NCBI GenBank assembly: GCA_964016885.1
Contig: OZ024740.1
Location: 60,574,001 to 60,638,000 of the forward strand
From: Eledone cirrhosa
Taxonomy: Eukaryota
DNA length: 64,000 nucleotides
Reading direction: 5' to 3'
Position numbers and translations under genes: made by a program. The notes below the pieces were generated by a model, which made no database searches, was not told the origin of the DNA, and saw only the letters and a program-made list of their open reading frames with translations. Of this stretch, positions 1 to 15,689 are shown piece by piece. Each line of letters begins with the position of its first letter. The first letter of the stretch is position 1.

Positions 1-480
1 TTGGTAGGCACACACGGATACTGACAGTTAAACATGCTTACACAACTACATACACACACACGCGCGCGCGCAAACAGATATACATTAAAAAAATTCACAA
101 ACACATATGTAGATACACACACGCATACTTCCATCAACCGTGCACATAATACGTACACACACACATCCAGACACACACACACTCAGAAGAAATATCACGA
201 ACGACATGCACACCCACAAAATGCACCCTATCTGCACACACGTAACGGTACTAATGATACACCTGGACTATTCACCTCTGCCCCCACCTACACCCTGCTG
301 TCCTTACACATCTTAAAAAAACTTTTTTTTTTCTCTCAAACCTTCCCACCTCCGATTTTCTAACCTCATCACACTCCGAAGTTTACTCTTTCCTGATGAA
401 GGACATATGTCCGATATGTTGAGTCATTTATTTACTTTATTTTTTCATTTTCCTTTATCTTCATTCCCAAACATGAACAT
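1..480 (+). mobile_element. Penelope-like element terminal-repeat (pLTR) remnant with degenerate hammerhead
   Basis: ctttc-CTGATGA-a-GGACA-ta-TGTCC-GATA at 388-416 is a hammerhead core with GAAA changed to GATA. Upstream sequence resembles the reverse complement of 15720-15920, which follows a GIY-YIG-like C-terminus. Confidence 0.45.
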
Positions 481-614
481 AATAAGATTTTGTATTTTTG
501 TATCGATGTGTTTGTCTTGTTTATTATTGAAGAATATATATAAAGATAGATTATTTGGTCATCCAACGTTTCTTTATTTGAATAATAGATAGATAGAAAG
601 GAGGGAGGGGTGCA

Positions 615-765
615 AGCATGGCTGTGTGGTTAAGGAATTCCCTTCGCCACTACGAGGCAGAGGGTTCAGTACCACAGCCCGACACCTTGGGCGAACGTTG
701 TCTTCTGTAGCTTCGTGTTGTCTAATGCCCTGTAAGTGAAATTTGGTAAACGTGAAATATAGAAG

Positions 766-770
<5 letters not shown>
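615..770 (+). mobile_element. tRNA-derived SINE, second family (degenerate)
   Basis: A-box-like TGGCTGTGTGG and B-box-like GGTTCAGTACC. Related antisense fragments near 6490-6620, 31830-31940 and 50980-51100. Confidence 0.5.
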
Positions 771-830
<60 letters not shown>

Positions 831-833
<3 letters not shown>

Positions 834-955
834 GAGTTCAAATCCCGCCGAGGTTAACTTTGCCTTTCATCCTTACGGAGTCGATAAAATAAAGTACCAG
901 TAATGTACTGAATAATTGGTGGCCTTGTGCCAAAAGTAGAAATAATTATTATAAC
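831..955 (+). mobile_element. tRNA-derived SINE, main family, 5'-truncated
   Basis: B box GAGTTCAAATCC, central GCCTTTCATCCTTACGGAGTCGATAAAATAAAGTACCAG, and tail AGAAATAATTATT. Dozens of copies occur in the window. Confidence 0.85.
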
Positions 956-959
956 AATA

Positions 960-3785
<2,826 letters not shown>

Positions 3786-3982
3786 GAAAAACAGGGAGAC
3801 AGAGACGATTATTAGGAAGAAAAATATATATTTTTCCTTTTTTGTTTCTCTCTCTCTTTTTTCTGGGTTAGAAAATGATTAAAACGAAATATTTTACTTT
3901 GCGTGAATTGTTAAGGTATTAGTTGATTTATTTATTATTTAACAATGGCATTTATTTATCTATTTATATATTTAATTATTGT

Positions 3983-4024
3983 CTATTACCGGTTTCAGCA
4001 TTTTTATGCATTATCAAATGATAG
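3983..4024 (-). ncRNA. Degenerate minimal hammerhead
   Basis: Minus strand reads TTGATAA-t-GCAT-aaaa-ATGC-t-GAAA-CCGG-TA, with palindromic ACCGGT stem III and two core substitutions. Confidence 0.4.
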
Positions 4025-4351
4025 TGAAATGTATTAGTGTGGTGTCGCACATCTTAAATAGAAGGTACAGAAAGAATAATGTTATTTACAAACAAGGTTT
4101 ATGAAGTGAAAAGAAAAAAGAAAAAGGAAAAAAACTTGCATAAAAAGTCAATGTGGAAGAAAAAATAATGTTATTTACAAGCATAGTCATTGGAGTTAAG
4201 CAGATCAAAATGTGTTAATATAGCAAGAGTGCTTAGTTGATCCATAATTCCATGATGGAGGCAAATGGTGGACTGCGGTATCCAGGAAGCTCCAACCGTT
4301 AAGGTTGTCTTTTTTCCGGGTATATCAATATTTATTTATAAAACAAATCTG

Positions 4352-4416
4352 TATTTTATCTGATGAAAGCGCACCATAATTGCCTTGGTTGCCCTTGAAA
4401 TATATATAATAAAATA
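4352..4416 (+). ncRNA. Type I minimal hammerhead ribozyme, intact core
   Basis: Stem I TATTTTAT/ATAAAATA (8 bp), CTGATGA 4360-4366, stem II AAGcGCA-CCA/TGG-t-TGCcCTT, GAAA 4397-4400, palindromic ATATATAT stem III, AUA cleavage triplet ending at 4408. Confidence 0.75.
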
Positions 4417-5109
4417 AATATGGTTTTATAAATATAGTTTCCATTTATTAATATATTGTATATATATATATATATTTATATCAAAAGCATGTATTGAGTT
4501 AGAAACTCAAAATAGTCTCATTACAGTAAATTAGCTCTAGGAAAAAGATTTTTCCGAGCCGTATATAACTGAACAAAAAGGATAAACGAACACAGACATA
4601 TATATATATATGTGTTCAAATCGTAATGGACCAAAATCGCTAAGGTGAAAAAAATACTAACTACAGACAATAGGGCTTGCTAGACTCAATTTAAGAAAAA
4701 ATTAAGAAAAGTAAATACAAACCAGTATTGTGGTAACTACCAGCACCCAGACGGTCTTAGACAGAACCGTTTCGCAATATTATTTATATATATGTACATA
4801 TAGATATATACATATACATACATATATATATACATATACATATACATATATATATATATACAGATAGATATATATATATATAAATATACATATACACATA
4901 TACATATATATATATAATATATATACACATATATATATATATATACACATATATATATATATATATATATACATATATACATATACATATATATACAGAT
5001 ATATATATATATATATATAAATATACATATACATATATACATATATAATATATATACACATATATATATATATATACACACATATATATATATACATATA
5101 TACATATAC

Positions 5110-5155
<46 letters not shown>

Positions 5156-5203
5156 GCATATATATACATATAAATGCATATGTATGCATTTATATACATA
5201 TGC

Positions 5204-5278
<75 letters not shown>

Positions 5279-5944
5279 TATGTGTGTGTGTTTGTGTGAC
5301 GTCAGGGCTTGACAACTGGGTGCTTGCCGTCGCGACAATAAATTGCAGTCTGGCAAGAGCTCAGCCGCCGGGCCCCAACTCTCTTGTGATAGTCACACTC
5401 TACTTTGCCAAGTACCGTGAACTCTGCTGAACAATGGTCTTTATTATACTATCTTTTTGTCTGGTTTCAGTTATTAGATTACGGCCATGCTGGAGCATCG
5501 CTTTGATTTAGTTGATCATATCTACCAGAGAAATTATATATTTTCAGCTCTCTTCTTAGTCGAACCATTAAGTTACAGTACATGACACAGACACAAACTA
5601 GAACGCAGAGTGGAACACACACACACCCTTATACACAGACACATATATACATACATATATATATATATATATATTTATTAAAATAACAGATTAAAGTTTA
5701 AGCAAAGAATCGCTGCTTTCACCCTTAACGGGATCTTCTGAGCCCTCTTTGGATTTTAGTCTTCAAATTTATTATTATTACTATATATATATATAACGAC
5801 GATGAATTAGTTTTGCTAGGTTTTTTATATGAAATCGTGTGTCGAAACAAATATTGTTATACTTGGGGAGGGTCATATTTGTGTAATAAACAGACTAAAT
5901 AAAGATGGCGTAAGCATACAATGCAACGGGAGGAAACATAATAG

Positions 5945-5989
5945 CACCACTGACGATGTTGCAGATGTGCAACGAAAGAACTTTGATAG
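5945..5989 (+). ncRNA. Hammerhead-like motif
   Basis: CTGACGA-t-GTTGCA-gatg-TGCAAC-GAAA-GAAC-TT with weak stem I. Lies between ~39-bp inverted repeats at 5851-5889 and 6152-6190. Confidence 0.5.
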
Positions 5990-6206
5990 ATTATATATAT
6001 GTGTTTGTGTCTATATTGTATCTGTATTTTTGACCGTTGGTCAGTCAATGGTAACATAGAGGACCGAATAAATTAAATTAACCGATATAAAAGACACAGA
6101 AGCGAAAACCAACCAAACAGTGAGTGTGTTCTGTTATTAATTCTGGCAATATTATTACACAAATATGACCCTCCCCAAGTATAACAATATATATCTATAT
6201 ATATAT

Positions 6207-6385
6207 AGGAAAATAGTCAGGACCCCGACGCCTGAGCTCCAGTCATTTCGACAGCTAGATCCGAAACGGCCCGAGCTCAGCCGTCGGGGTCCTGACTCTT
6301 ATCCTATTACCCACTCTACTACCCTAAGTATCGAGTACTCTAGTGCGTTATGGTCCACCTAGTTTCTTGCCACACTTTCTTTGTT
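6207..6385 (+). mobile_element. Fold-back terminal fragment carrying the 3' half of a hammerhead (probable Penelope-like pLTR)
   Basis: GAAA-CGGC...GCCG-TC-GGGGTCC at 6263-6292 is preceded by its own inverted copy and flanked by (TA)n. Other copies at 11489-11570, 20726-20890 and 24563-24715. Confidence 0.65.
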
Positions 6386-6412
6386 ATATATATATATATA
6401 TATATATATATG

Positions 6413-6488
<76 letters not shown>

Positions 6489-6841
6489 ACACGACGGGCT
6501 TCTGTCTTTTCCATCTATTAAATTTCACGCACGAGGCTATAGTCGAAGAAACCTGCTCCAGCATCCAGCCAGCGTGACTGAACTCAGAACCACATGGTTC
6601 AAATGTAAACTCCTTAAACAGTGTCATATATATATATACATACATACATATATGTTAACTACCGGTATTGTTCTTTTTACCATCAGGCTCTATTTCAGAG
6701 CTTAAGATAATAAGACATGCTTTCCACGCTTCTATGTAGTATTCTTCACTCTTTCTGATTTTCCTGCAGTGCCAAGCAGGCAGGCTTTTTTGCATAGGCT
6801 CTATACAAATATCGAATCCAATTTGTTGCAAAATTATTATT

Positions 6842-9690
6842 ATCTGAGTTCAAATCCCACCGAGGTTAGTTTTGCCTTTCTTCGTCGATAAAATAAAGTA
6901 CCAGTCACGCACTAGGGTCGATTTAACGAACCAAGAAACCTTTGGACCAACACGTGCATCTTGAGTCCCCTAAAAATTGCTGGCCTTGTGCCTAATGAGA
7001 AACAATTATTGAGTTCAAATCCCGCCGAGGTTAACTTTGCCTTTCATCCTTTCGGGGTCGATAAAATAAAGTATCAGTAATACACTGAGATAATTGCTGG
7101 CCTTGTGCCAAAAAGTAGAAACAATTATTATCTGAGTTCAAATCTCGCCGAGGTTAACTTTGCCTTTCATCCTGGCGGGGTTGATAAAATAAAGTACCTG
7201 TCACGCACTGGGGTCGATTTAATTGACATTCCCCTCCCCCAAAATTGCTGGCCTTGTGCCTATATAAGAAACCATTGTTATTGATTGGGCGCCGGACAAC
7301 ATGCTGTGTGTATAGAGTTACGGTCCTTTACGTTCTGAGTTCAAATCTCGCCGAGGTTAGCTTTGCCTTTCATCCTTACGGCGTCGATAAAATAAAGTAC
7401 CAGTAATGTACTGGGGTCGATTTAATCGACTTTCCCCTTCCCCCCAAATTGCTGGCCTTGTGCCTAAATCAGAAACTATTTTTTTTTTTTTTTTTATGAG
7501 GACAGTGGACTGACAGGATCGTTAGTGCCTCGAACAAAATGCTTCTTGATATATAGTTACAGCCGTTTCCAGGTTTGATAAAATAAAGTACTAGTTGCCC
7601 ATACCCTAAATTTGTTGGTTTTGTACCTTAAATTAGTTGTCGGCAATATCAGTAGAGCTTCGGACATGTTTTGCGGTTTATAATTACAGCCCTTTATGTT
7701 CTTAGTTCAAATCCCACCACGATCAGCTTTCCATAACATCCTTCCGGGGTCAAGTATTGGGATCGATTTAATCGACCCACCCCTCTCCATAATTTGCTGG
7801 TCATGTGCCTAAATTAGAAACCTTTATTATTACTATATTGGCAGTATCGGTAGAGGATCGGACGCCATGCTTTCCAGCATAGTTACGTCCCTTTACGATC
7901 TGAGTTCAAATCCCGCCGAGGTTGACTTTGCCTTTCATCCTTACGGGGTCGATAAAATAAAGTACCAGTAATGTACTGGGATAATTGCTGGCCTTGTGCC
8001 AAAAGTAGAAACAATTATTACTATTGACAATCGGGCGGTGGATTGGCAGAATCGGTGGAGCATCGGTTAACATGCTCTATGGCATAGTTACAGTGCTTTA
8101 CGATCTGAGTTCAAATCCCGATAAGGTTAGCTTTGCTTTTCCTCCCGACGGGGTAGATAAAATAAAGTCCCAGTAATACACTGGAGTCTATTTAATCGAC
8201 TTTCCTCCCTCTCTTCAAATTGTGCCAATTATTATTGTCCATATTAAATGGTTGTAACGTTTGTCCCCGGCACAAAATGTGTTTGCTATGTGGTATTTAG
8301 TTACGTCCCCTTGACATGCTGAGTTCAAATCTTGCTGGTGCTTTGTTTATCTTTTATCATCCATCCCGCATCTGAATAATTACTACTACTACTACTATTG
8401 CTACTACTACTGATGCCATTACTATTACAACTACTACTACTACTACTGATGCTATTACTACTACTACTACTACTACTATTACTACTACTAGCACCATTGC
8501 TGCTGCTACTACTACTACTACCACTGATGTTACTACTATTACTACTAAAACTACTACTGACGCTACAACTACTACTACTACTACTACTACTGATGCTACT
8601 ACTACTATTGCTGCTGCTACTACTATAACTATTACCACTACTAGCACTATTGCTACTACTACTACTACTACTACTACTGATCCTGATGCTGATGCTACTA
8701 CTACTACTACTACTACACGATCAGCAGGATCATTTTAGCGTCTGGAAAATTGCCTTATGGTTGTTGTTCCAGTTTTGTACGATCTGAGTTCAAATCCCAC
8801 CGGCTTTAGCTTTGCCTTTCATCCTTCCGGGCTCAATAAAATAAAGTACCAGTCACATACTGAGGTCAATTTAATCAACTTTTTCCTTCCCTTCAAAATT
8901 GATGGCGTTTGTACCTCAATTAAAAACCATTGGCAGTATTGGTAGAGGGTCGGACGCCATGCTTTGAAGCATAGAGTTACCTCCCTTTATGATCTGAGTT
9001 CAAATCCCGTCGAGGTTAACTTTGCCTTTCATCCTTACAGGGTCGATAAAATAAAGTACCAGTAATACACTGGGATAATTGGTGGCCTTGTGCCAAAAGT
9101 AGAAACAATTATTTCTTTCTGCCGTTAGTGCGATAGTCTGGCAGAGTCGGTTGAGCGTCGCACAAATGCTTCGTTCCGGCACTTTACGATCTGCGTTCAA
9201 ATCCGACAGGATTCAAAATGTTTATCCTTACGGGGGGGGGGGGGGGGGGGGGGGGGGGTCGATAAAATAAAGTACCAGTAATGCAGTGGGGTTAATTTAA
9301 TCAACGTTACCCTCCCTCAAAATTGTGCCTTATGGCTGTTGTTTTGTACGTTCTGATTTCAAATCCCACCGTTTCAACTTTCATCCTTCTGGTCAAAATC
9401 AGAAATCGTTATTATCGACTAAAGGCGGTGTATTGGCAGTATCGGTAGAGGTTCGGACGCCATGCTTTCCAGCATAGTTACGTCCCTTTACGATCTGATT
9501 TCAAATCCCGCCGAGATTAACTTTGTCTTTCATCCTTACGGGGTCGATAAAATAAAGTACCAGTAATGTACTGGGTAATTGCTGGCCTTGTGCCAAATGT
9601 AGAAACAGTTATTATCGACTAAAGCTCCTCCCCGCCTCCTAAAAAAAGGCTGGACTTGTGTTTAAATTAGAAACCATTAATTTTATTATT
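6842..9690 (+). mobile_element. Head-to-tail array of about 13-14 main-family SINEs
   Basis: Repeated A box (TGGCAGTATCGG), B box (GAGTTCAAATCC) and central domain, all on the + strand. Confidence 0.9.
8379..8716. repeat. (CTA)n trinucleotide microsatellite with CTG/ATG variants
   Basis: Directly visible. Confidence 0.95.
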
Positions 9691-9919
9691 ATCATACTTG
9701 TTGTTGTTGTCATAAATCGCGCTACGGTAGACTTTGTATTTCATATTTCTGGGATCGATAACCTAAGGACCAGTTGAGTACATTATTGAATATATCCTAC
9801 ATAAACACACACGCACAAACACACACACAGAGAGGCTCGCGTATGTATGTATGTATGTATGTATGTATGTATGTATGTATGTATGTATGTATGTATGTAT
9901 GTGTGTATGTTTGTATATG

Positions 9920-9951
<32 letters not shown>

Positions 9952-10221
9952 CATGGTCGTATGTATGTATGTATGTATGTATGTATGTATGTATGTATAT
10001 ATTTATGTATGTATGTATGTTGGTATGTATGTATGTTTGTATGTATGTATGTATATATGTATGTATGTTTGTATGCATGATCGTATGTATGTATGTATGT
10101 ATGTAGGTATGGATGGATTGATGGATGTTTGTATGGATGGATGGATATATGTATGCACGTTTATATGTGTATGTATGTTATATGTGGATGTATGTGTATG
10201 CATGTATGTGGTATATATATA

Positions 10222-10298
10222 CAGGATGTTTCAAAAAATGTATATATATATTTATTAGAATGCTGTTGAAGTGTGTATACATTTTTGGGGGACACCTG
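10222..10298. mobile_element. Tiny Tc1/mariner-type MITE (~78 bp)
   Basis: CAGG(A/G)TGT...GACACCTG inverted ends with TA flanks; second copy at 19710-19789. Confidence 0.65.
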
Positions 10299-10388
10299 TA
10301 TAGGGCCTATATATATGCTAGATACATACATAGATACACTCGTATATACATACAAACATACATACCGACATACGTAAAAGCATACATA

Positions 10389-10563
10389 CATGGTGGCTGC
10401 CAACTCGTTTTCGAGTACGGCCACTACTTTATATCCATGTAGGAGAACCCCTACCGATGCGCTGAACGAGTCTGACCCCCTAGTCCAGCTAGCGACTTGA
10501 AAACTCTGGTACAAACACTACACTTGTGACAATTACTGACACATAGTGCTGGGCCCATGGTAC
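10389..10563 (-). mobile_element. RTE-derived short element, 3' part, (TGTA)n tail
   Basis: Encodes C2H2-like [16 protein letters not shown]...SAHR then a 3'UTR and (TGTA)n. Near-identical copies at 46169, 55181, 56195 and 61090. Confidence 0.7.
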
Positions 10564-10580
10564 ATACATACATACACACG

Positions 10581-10624
<44 letters not shown>

Positions 10625-11117
10625 CACACACACACATACGTGTATGTATGTGCGCAGGCGCGGGTTTGATGCGCGTGTGTATGTGTCTATGTATGTGTCA
10701 GATTAAATAGCCGTAGTCAGAAGCTTAAGTTTGAGCGAAAAATAAGCTGCATAATAAAGTTTTCAGCTGTAACAAATAGAAAGAAGAAAAGAGAATGCAA
10801 AGGGAAAAGTGAACGAGTCATCGAAACAGTTTTATATACCTTTGGGAGCCCTTTAATAATTCTTCGGCTGTATTACATATATTCGCTGAGAGAACATTTA
10901 TGAGATGCTAGCAGGAATAGAATAGAATATAGAAAAGTTTTCATTATATATAGCTCTAGTTAAATAAGAAAATGAAGAGTTTCTTTATAAAGTAGAGAAG
11001 AAAAAAATCAAATCTGCCTGTGGGAAATAATATATATAGACCTACGTAGTAAATTTTGTACCTATCTCGCTGATATAAATATATATTATATATATATATG
11101 TGTATGTGTGTGTACAA

Positions 11118-11202
<85 letters not shown>

Positions 11203-11593
11203 AAAGTTCTATTTAAATTGTTGGGATACAACAAGCAAATATTTTTATAACTGATATAAAGCACTCGACAAGTTTTGGGAGTAAATATACGATATTAACA
11301 AATGGAAACTATATTTATAATATAGATATGGTTTTATAAATATAGTTTCCATTTGTTAATATCGTGTGTATATATATATATATACCAATGATGGTTGGCA
11401 AATCACTGATGAGGGACTAATTTTATAATATGTAACCCATGTGCAACCACGCAGTATCCTTCTTCCCATATTTTTCATATATATATATATTACCCACTCT
11501 ACTACCCTAAGTATTGAGTACTTTGGTGCGTTATGGTCCACCTGGTTCCTTACCACATTTCCTTCGTTATATATATATATATATATATTTATG

Positions 11594-11648
<55 letters not shown>

Positions 11649-11746
11649 TATTTACTTCAGTATACTGTTGAGTGCTCTAAATCAATTATAAACTTATAAA
11701 CATTTATATTTGTCGGACTTCCAACAAATTTAAAATACCCCTTCTA

Positions 11747-11793
<47 letters not shown>

Positions 11794-12089
11794 GTATATA
11801 TACATATAACATAAATATAAATATACATATATGTATATATATGTGTGTGTGTATTTGATTTAAAATTTAGGCTGTGTGGTTACAATGATAATATCATTCA
11901 AAAACACGTGGGAGAAATATAGGGAACAGAAAACTAGGAAGAGACAAGCATATGGACAATTCCCGAACATTAGCTGTCTTCTGGGGATCATTATAGTTTC
12001 ATCCTTACGGGAGAAAATAAAGTACCAGTAATATACTGGGATAATTGCTGGCCTTGTGCCAAAAGTAGAAACAATTATAGTTTCCGATG

Positions 12090-12140
<51 letters not shown>

Positions 12141-12141
<1 letters not shown>

Positions 12142-13110
12142 GTCGTCTAGAAAACAAGAATACACCTCTTGCCAGTACTTCCACTATTTCTCAAATACCT
12201 GCCGTGGGAATATTTGGTCGGCTTCACTGCATCCGAGGCGAAAACCACAATGTTCATAAGCCAGCTTGGACTCAACAATCTCTCTACATCTCTTTGCCAG
12301 ACACTTAGCATAGTAGATTTTACCGGGGAGGCTTAACAATGTAATCTCTATATAATTGGAGAAATCTCTCTTTAAGGCTTTTAACATCTCGGATCGAACT
12401 TCATCCGCCCGAGCGGCCTTGCCACATTTCAGCTCTTTAATTGCTCTGTGACTTCAGCCTCCGAGAGATTAGTCATCGCTCCCAGACACACATGTGATCA
12501 ATGGTCAGCTTTTTCTGGCCCATACGAATGTCTTTATACGAATGCCCGAGTATTTGTGTTCGGTAAATGGTGCTAAATCGAAACCATTCAATGTGGGAAT
12601 CGGACTCTACCAAGGGTGCGTATTTTCCCCTCTCCTGTTCATTATTTTCGTGAACAGGATTGACATGCGCAACCAGGTTGGAAGTGGTATCACCACTGGT
12701 AAGTGTAGAATCAGTTGGCTGGAAATTGCAGACGACAGAAGGTGATCTCCGACTTGATAGACTTGATGCCGAGTGCTGGAATGAAAATCGGTGCTGCCAA
12801 AACTGAAACACTCGTCCTCCCAAGGAAGCCTGCACAGTGCATTCTACATGGGAATCGAGTTCCACTGAATGAGGAGGAGAAGTTCAAGTATCCCGGGCCG
12901 AGTCATGGTAGACAGGAGGCTAAATTAAGTGCAAGAATTGAAAGGGCTGGTGCAGTAATGCACCAACTTCAGCATTCGGTAAACAGAAGAAGGGGGGTAG
13001 CTGTAAAAGCCAAACTCGTTATCTTCAATTCGGTATTCGTGCCAACCCTTACCTATGGTCATAATTCTTGTGTAATGACCGAAAGAATACGATCGTGAAT
13101 ACAAGCGACC
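12141..13110 (+). pseudogene. Degenerate RTE-clade LINE reverse transcriptase with inverted 5' segment
   Basis: Minus 12141-12490 gives NYIEITLLSLPGKIY...HCGFR...QIF...VYSCFLD. Plus 12490-13110 gives GLYQGCVFSPLLF, GMKIGAAKTE, EKFKYPG and VPTLTYG. Stops and frameshifts present. Confidence 0.85.
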
Positions 13111-13114
13111 CTAA

Positions 13115-14230
13115 CTAATTATAGAATCTAATGATTCTACCAATCCACCCGTTTTTGTGTTTTCCTACCATCTTTTTACGGTACTCGAGATGATTTTTTT
13201 TAATGGACAGCCCATAGATATGCGATCTTGTTGGCCTGTATATATTCCGTAAGAAATTTACCACAATATATATTAACTTATATAGAGATAATAGGTTGTC
13301 TATATTCCAATACGCCAATGGATATATATCAAGTGTTTTTACAAAAAAACACCTTATAAATACTTTTGAAATGTTAGGCGTTAAAATAACTATCTCCACT
13401 AACCCCAGTATCAAATTGTAGATGTTGCTATAAACTTAATCATTGATATATACATACCTCATAACGAACCCACTGAAAAGCTCACACACAATGATACAGA
13501 CACCTGTACTTTTGATAAACAGGGGCAATAATATAGCGATCGTTAACTTATCTTCAAATACAGAAATATTTGATAATGCGGCTTCCTATTACAATAAAGC
13601 ATCAGAAACTTGTGTATTCAAATATAGGATCATATATATGCTTAAACCTCGCCAACCAACACTCAGCAAAGACATATTTACCACATCTTGCCTACACCTC
13701 ATTCTTCATTAAACGTTCAATCTAATATTGCGGAAAATTCCCAAGCTTTTATAAATAAGCGTTTCCTACAACTGTATGTTTCACATGAAAAACGTTATAG
13801 CATGTAAACATGTAAACTAAGCTTAACTACAAATACAGACGCACAAATTCTCCAATAACAATTCATGCAATGCTGAAGCGATTACATAAATCACAAGCTA
13901 CCTACACAAAACCAAATCATGCTTATCCTTATGTACGCATCTAAACAACAATATGTTAATCAAAATCTACAAAATCTTTTTAAAGAGAAATACAACAAAC
14001 CCGTACAATCATGACAGGAGTTCGAAAGAATATGCTGTTGATTTCAATATGAAATGGAAGATTCTCGAAATATGTAGGCCATATAAAACTGGGACAAATC
14101 GGTGTAGGTTATGAGTAGCTGTGAAGAGCGTCACCATAAAATCTTAATAAAACTACAAATTATTAACTGGACAAAAAATATTTGCTAAATGCTGCCACTC
14201 CGACAAGTATTTGTTGAAAGACAGAGATCA
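13115..14230 (+). pseudogene. Degenerate Penelope-like element (RT to GIY-YIG region)
   Basis: Frameshifted motifs ICDLVGLYI, LYRDN (YRDDGL-type), SSNTEIFDNAASYYNKA, MKWKILEICRPYKTGTNRCRL and KCCHSDKYLL. Confidence 0.75.
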
Positions 14231-15158
14231 CATCAACACCTGATTGATAAGATCTACGCTCAACGTTTTCCTATGCCCTTTGACATTTTCCACCCTTTAT
14301 CTTTCGATGTTCCATGCAGAATGGCTCAACATTCATCAGAAATATTTACTTTCTCTCTACGTCTCCCTTAAGTTTTAACTCATTATAATTGTCTTTGATT
14401 TTAACTCCTCATAATTATTTCTGTTGAGTTCCCTCATTTCTTGTTTTATTTTCTCTTTTCCTATTTTATCTCTTTCCTTCCCTCACCCACTATATTTTAT
14501 ATTTTCCTGTTCGTAACCTTTCATATATGTTTAAAAATATTAAAGTTTTTCTAACCCACAGAAGGGAATAACCTACACCACTAATGTTAATATGTAATAG
14601 GTCATGCTCCCTGCAAATTTGAACCCAGAATGCATTTCCGGAAACTCCACATACTAAAAATAGATGTTCGTAGTATAATAACTCCTTACCATTTTCTAGG
14701 CATGGAACTTAAAACTACAATACACTATGATTAATAAATCATTTTGTGGGTGTGTGAGTGTAATAAATATTTGCTCTACAGGTTTATATTTGCTTATATA
14801 TATAAGATATAAGAAAAAGAAAAGAAAGCGAAAATGCAACTGGAGTCTTTTTAAGAATATTTATTTGTTTCCTTTACTAGTTTCACAGTTCTTATGCTTT
14901 TCAAAAGTAGAATTGAGATGGAGGGTTTGTGGTTTTTCTCGCATCTGGTTGGTGTTCGAAAGTTCTTTCTGTTTTATGTGGAAAGAGCGGCTCGAGTTGC
15001 TGGTTTTTTTTGTTGTTGTTTTTTAAATAATTTGGTTTGCTGGTGACTGTCACGTGAATAAGTACAATAAATTTCGCCACAACTCACGTTCCAAAGTTCT
15101 TATTGTATTTGCCCTAAAAAATGTGGCTCAAATTGTTTTTTTTTATAATGTAATTTGG

Positions 15159-15216
<58 letters not shown>

Positions 15217-15425
15217 TTTATTATGGCTAAGTGATGAGTCTTGCTACTCTGAAGTTTCAACTTTGTATTCACAGGCTGATCAGACAAGACTGTTTTGTCT
15301 GATGATCCTCTGAGTAAAACCCCAGAATAGCAAGACTCATCCCTTAGCCATAGTAAAGAATATTATTAAACTCTTCTTCAGTATTGAGTACTCACTCTCA
15401 CGTCCGTCAATATCACACGGATACA

Positions 15426-15497
<72 letters not shown>

Positions 15498-15689
15498 TGT
15501 GTGTCTGTGTGTCTGTGTGTGTGTCTGTGTCTGTCTGTGTCTGTCTGTGTGTGTCTGTGTGTGTGTGTGTGTCTGTGTGTGTGTGTGTCTCTGTGTGTGT
15601 GTGTGTCTGTGTGTGTGTGTGTGCGTGTGTGGCAAGGTCAAGAATGAAAAACATATATACGAAGGACAATTAGAAAAAGTATTATTCCG

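Noticed and set aside
7830-7920. tRNA genes suggested by A/B boxes
   Set aside because: These are SINE heads with no cloverleaf, always followed by the SINE body.
7985-8020. SINE tail (TTGTGCC...AGAAAC) resembling the Tx1 3' end as a partner LINE
   Set aside because: The match is too short and the flanking repeats differ (ATT versus GATA/GACA).
8357-8647. Poly-Val and poly-Leu membrane-like ORFs
   Set aside because: They are translations of the (CTA)n microsatellite.
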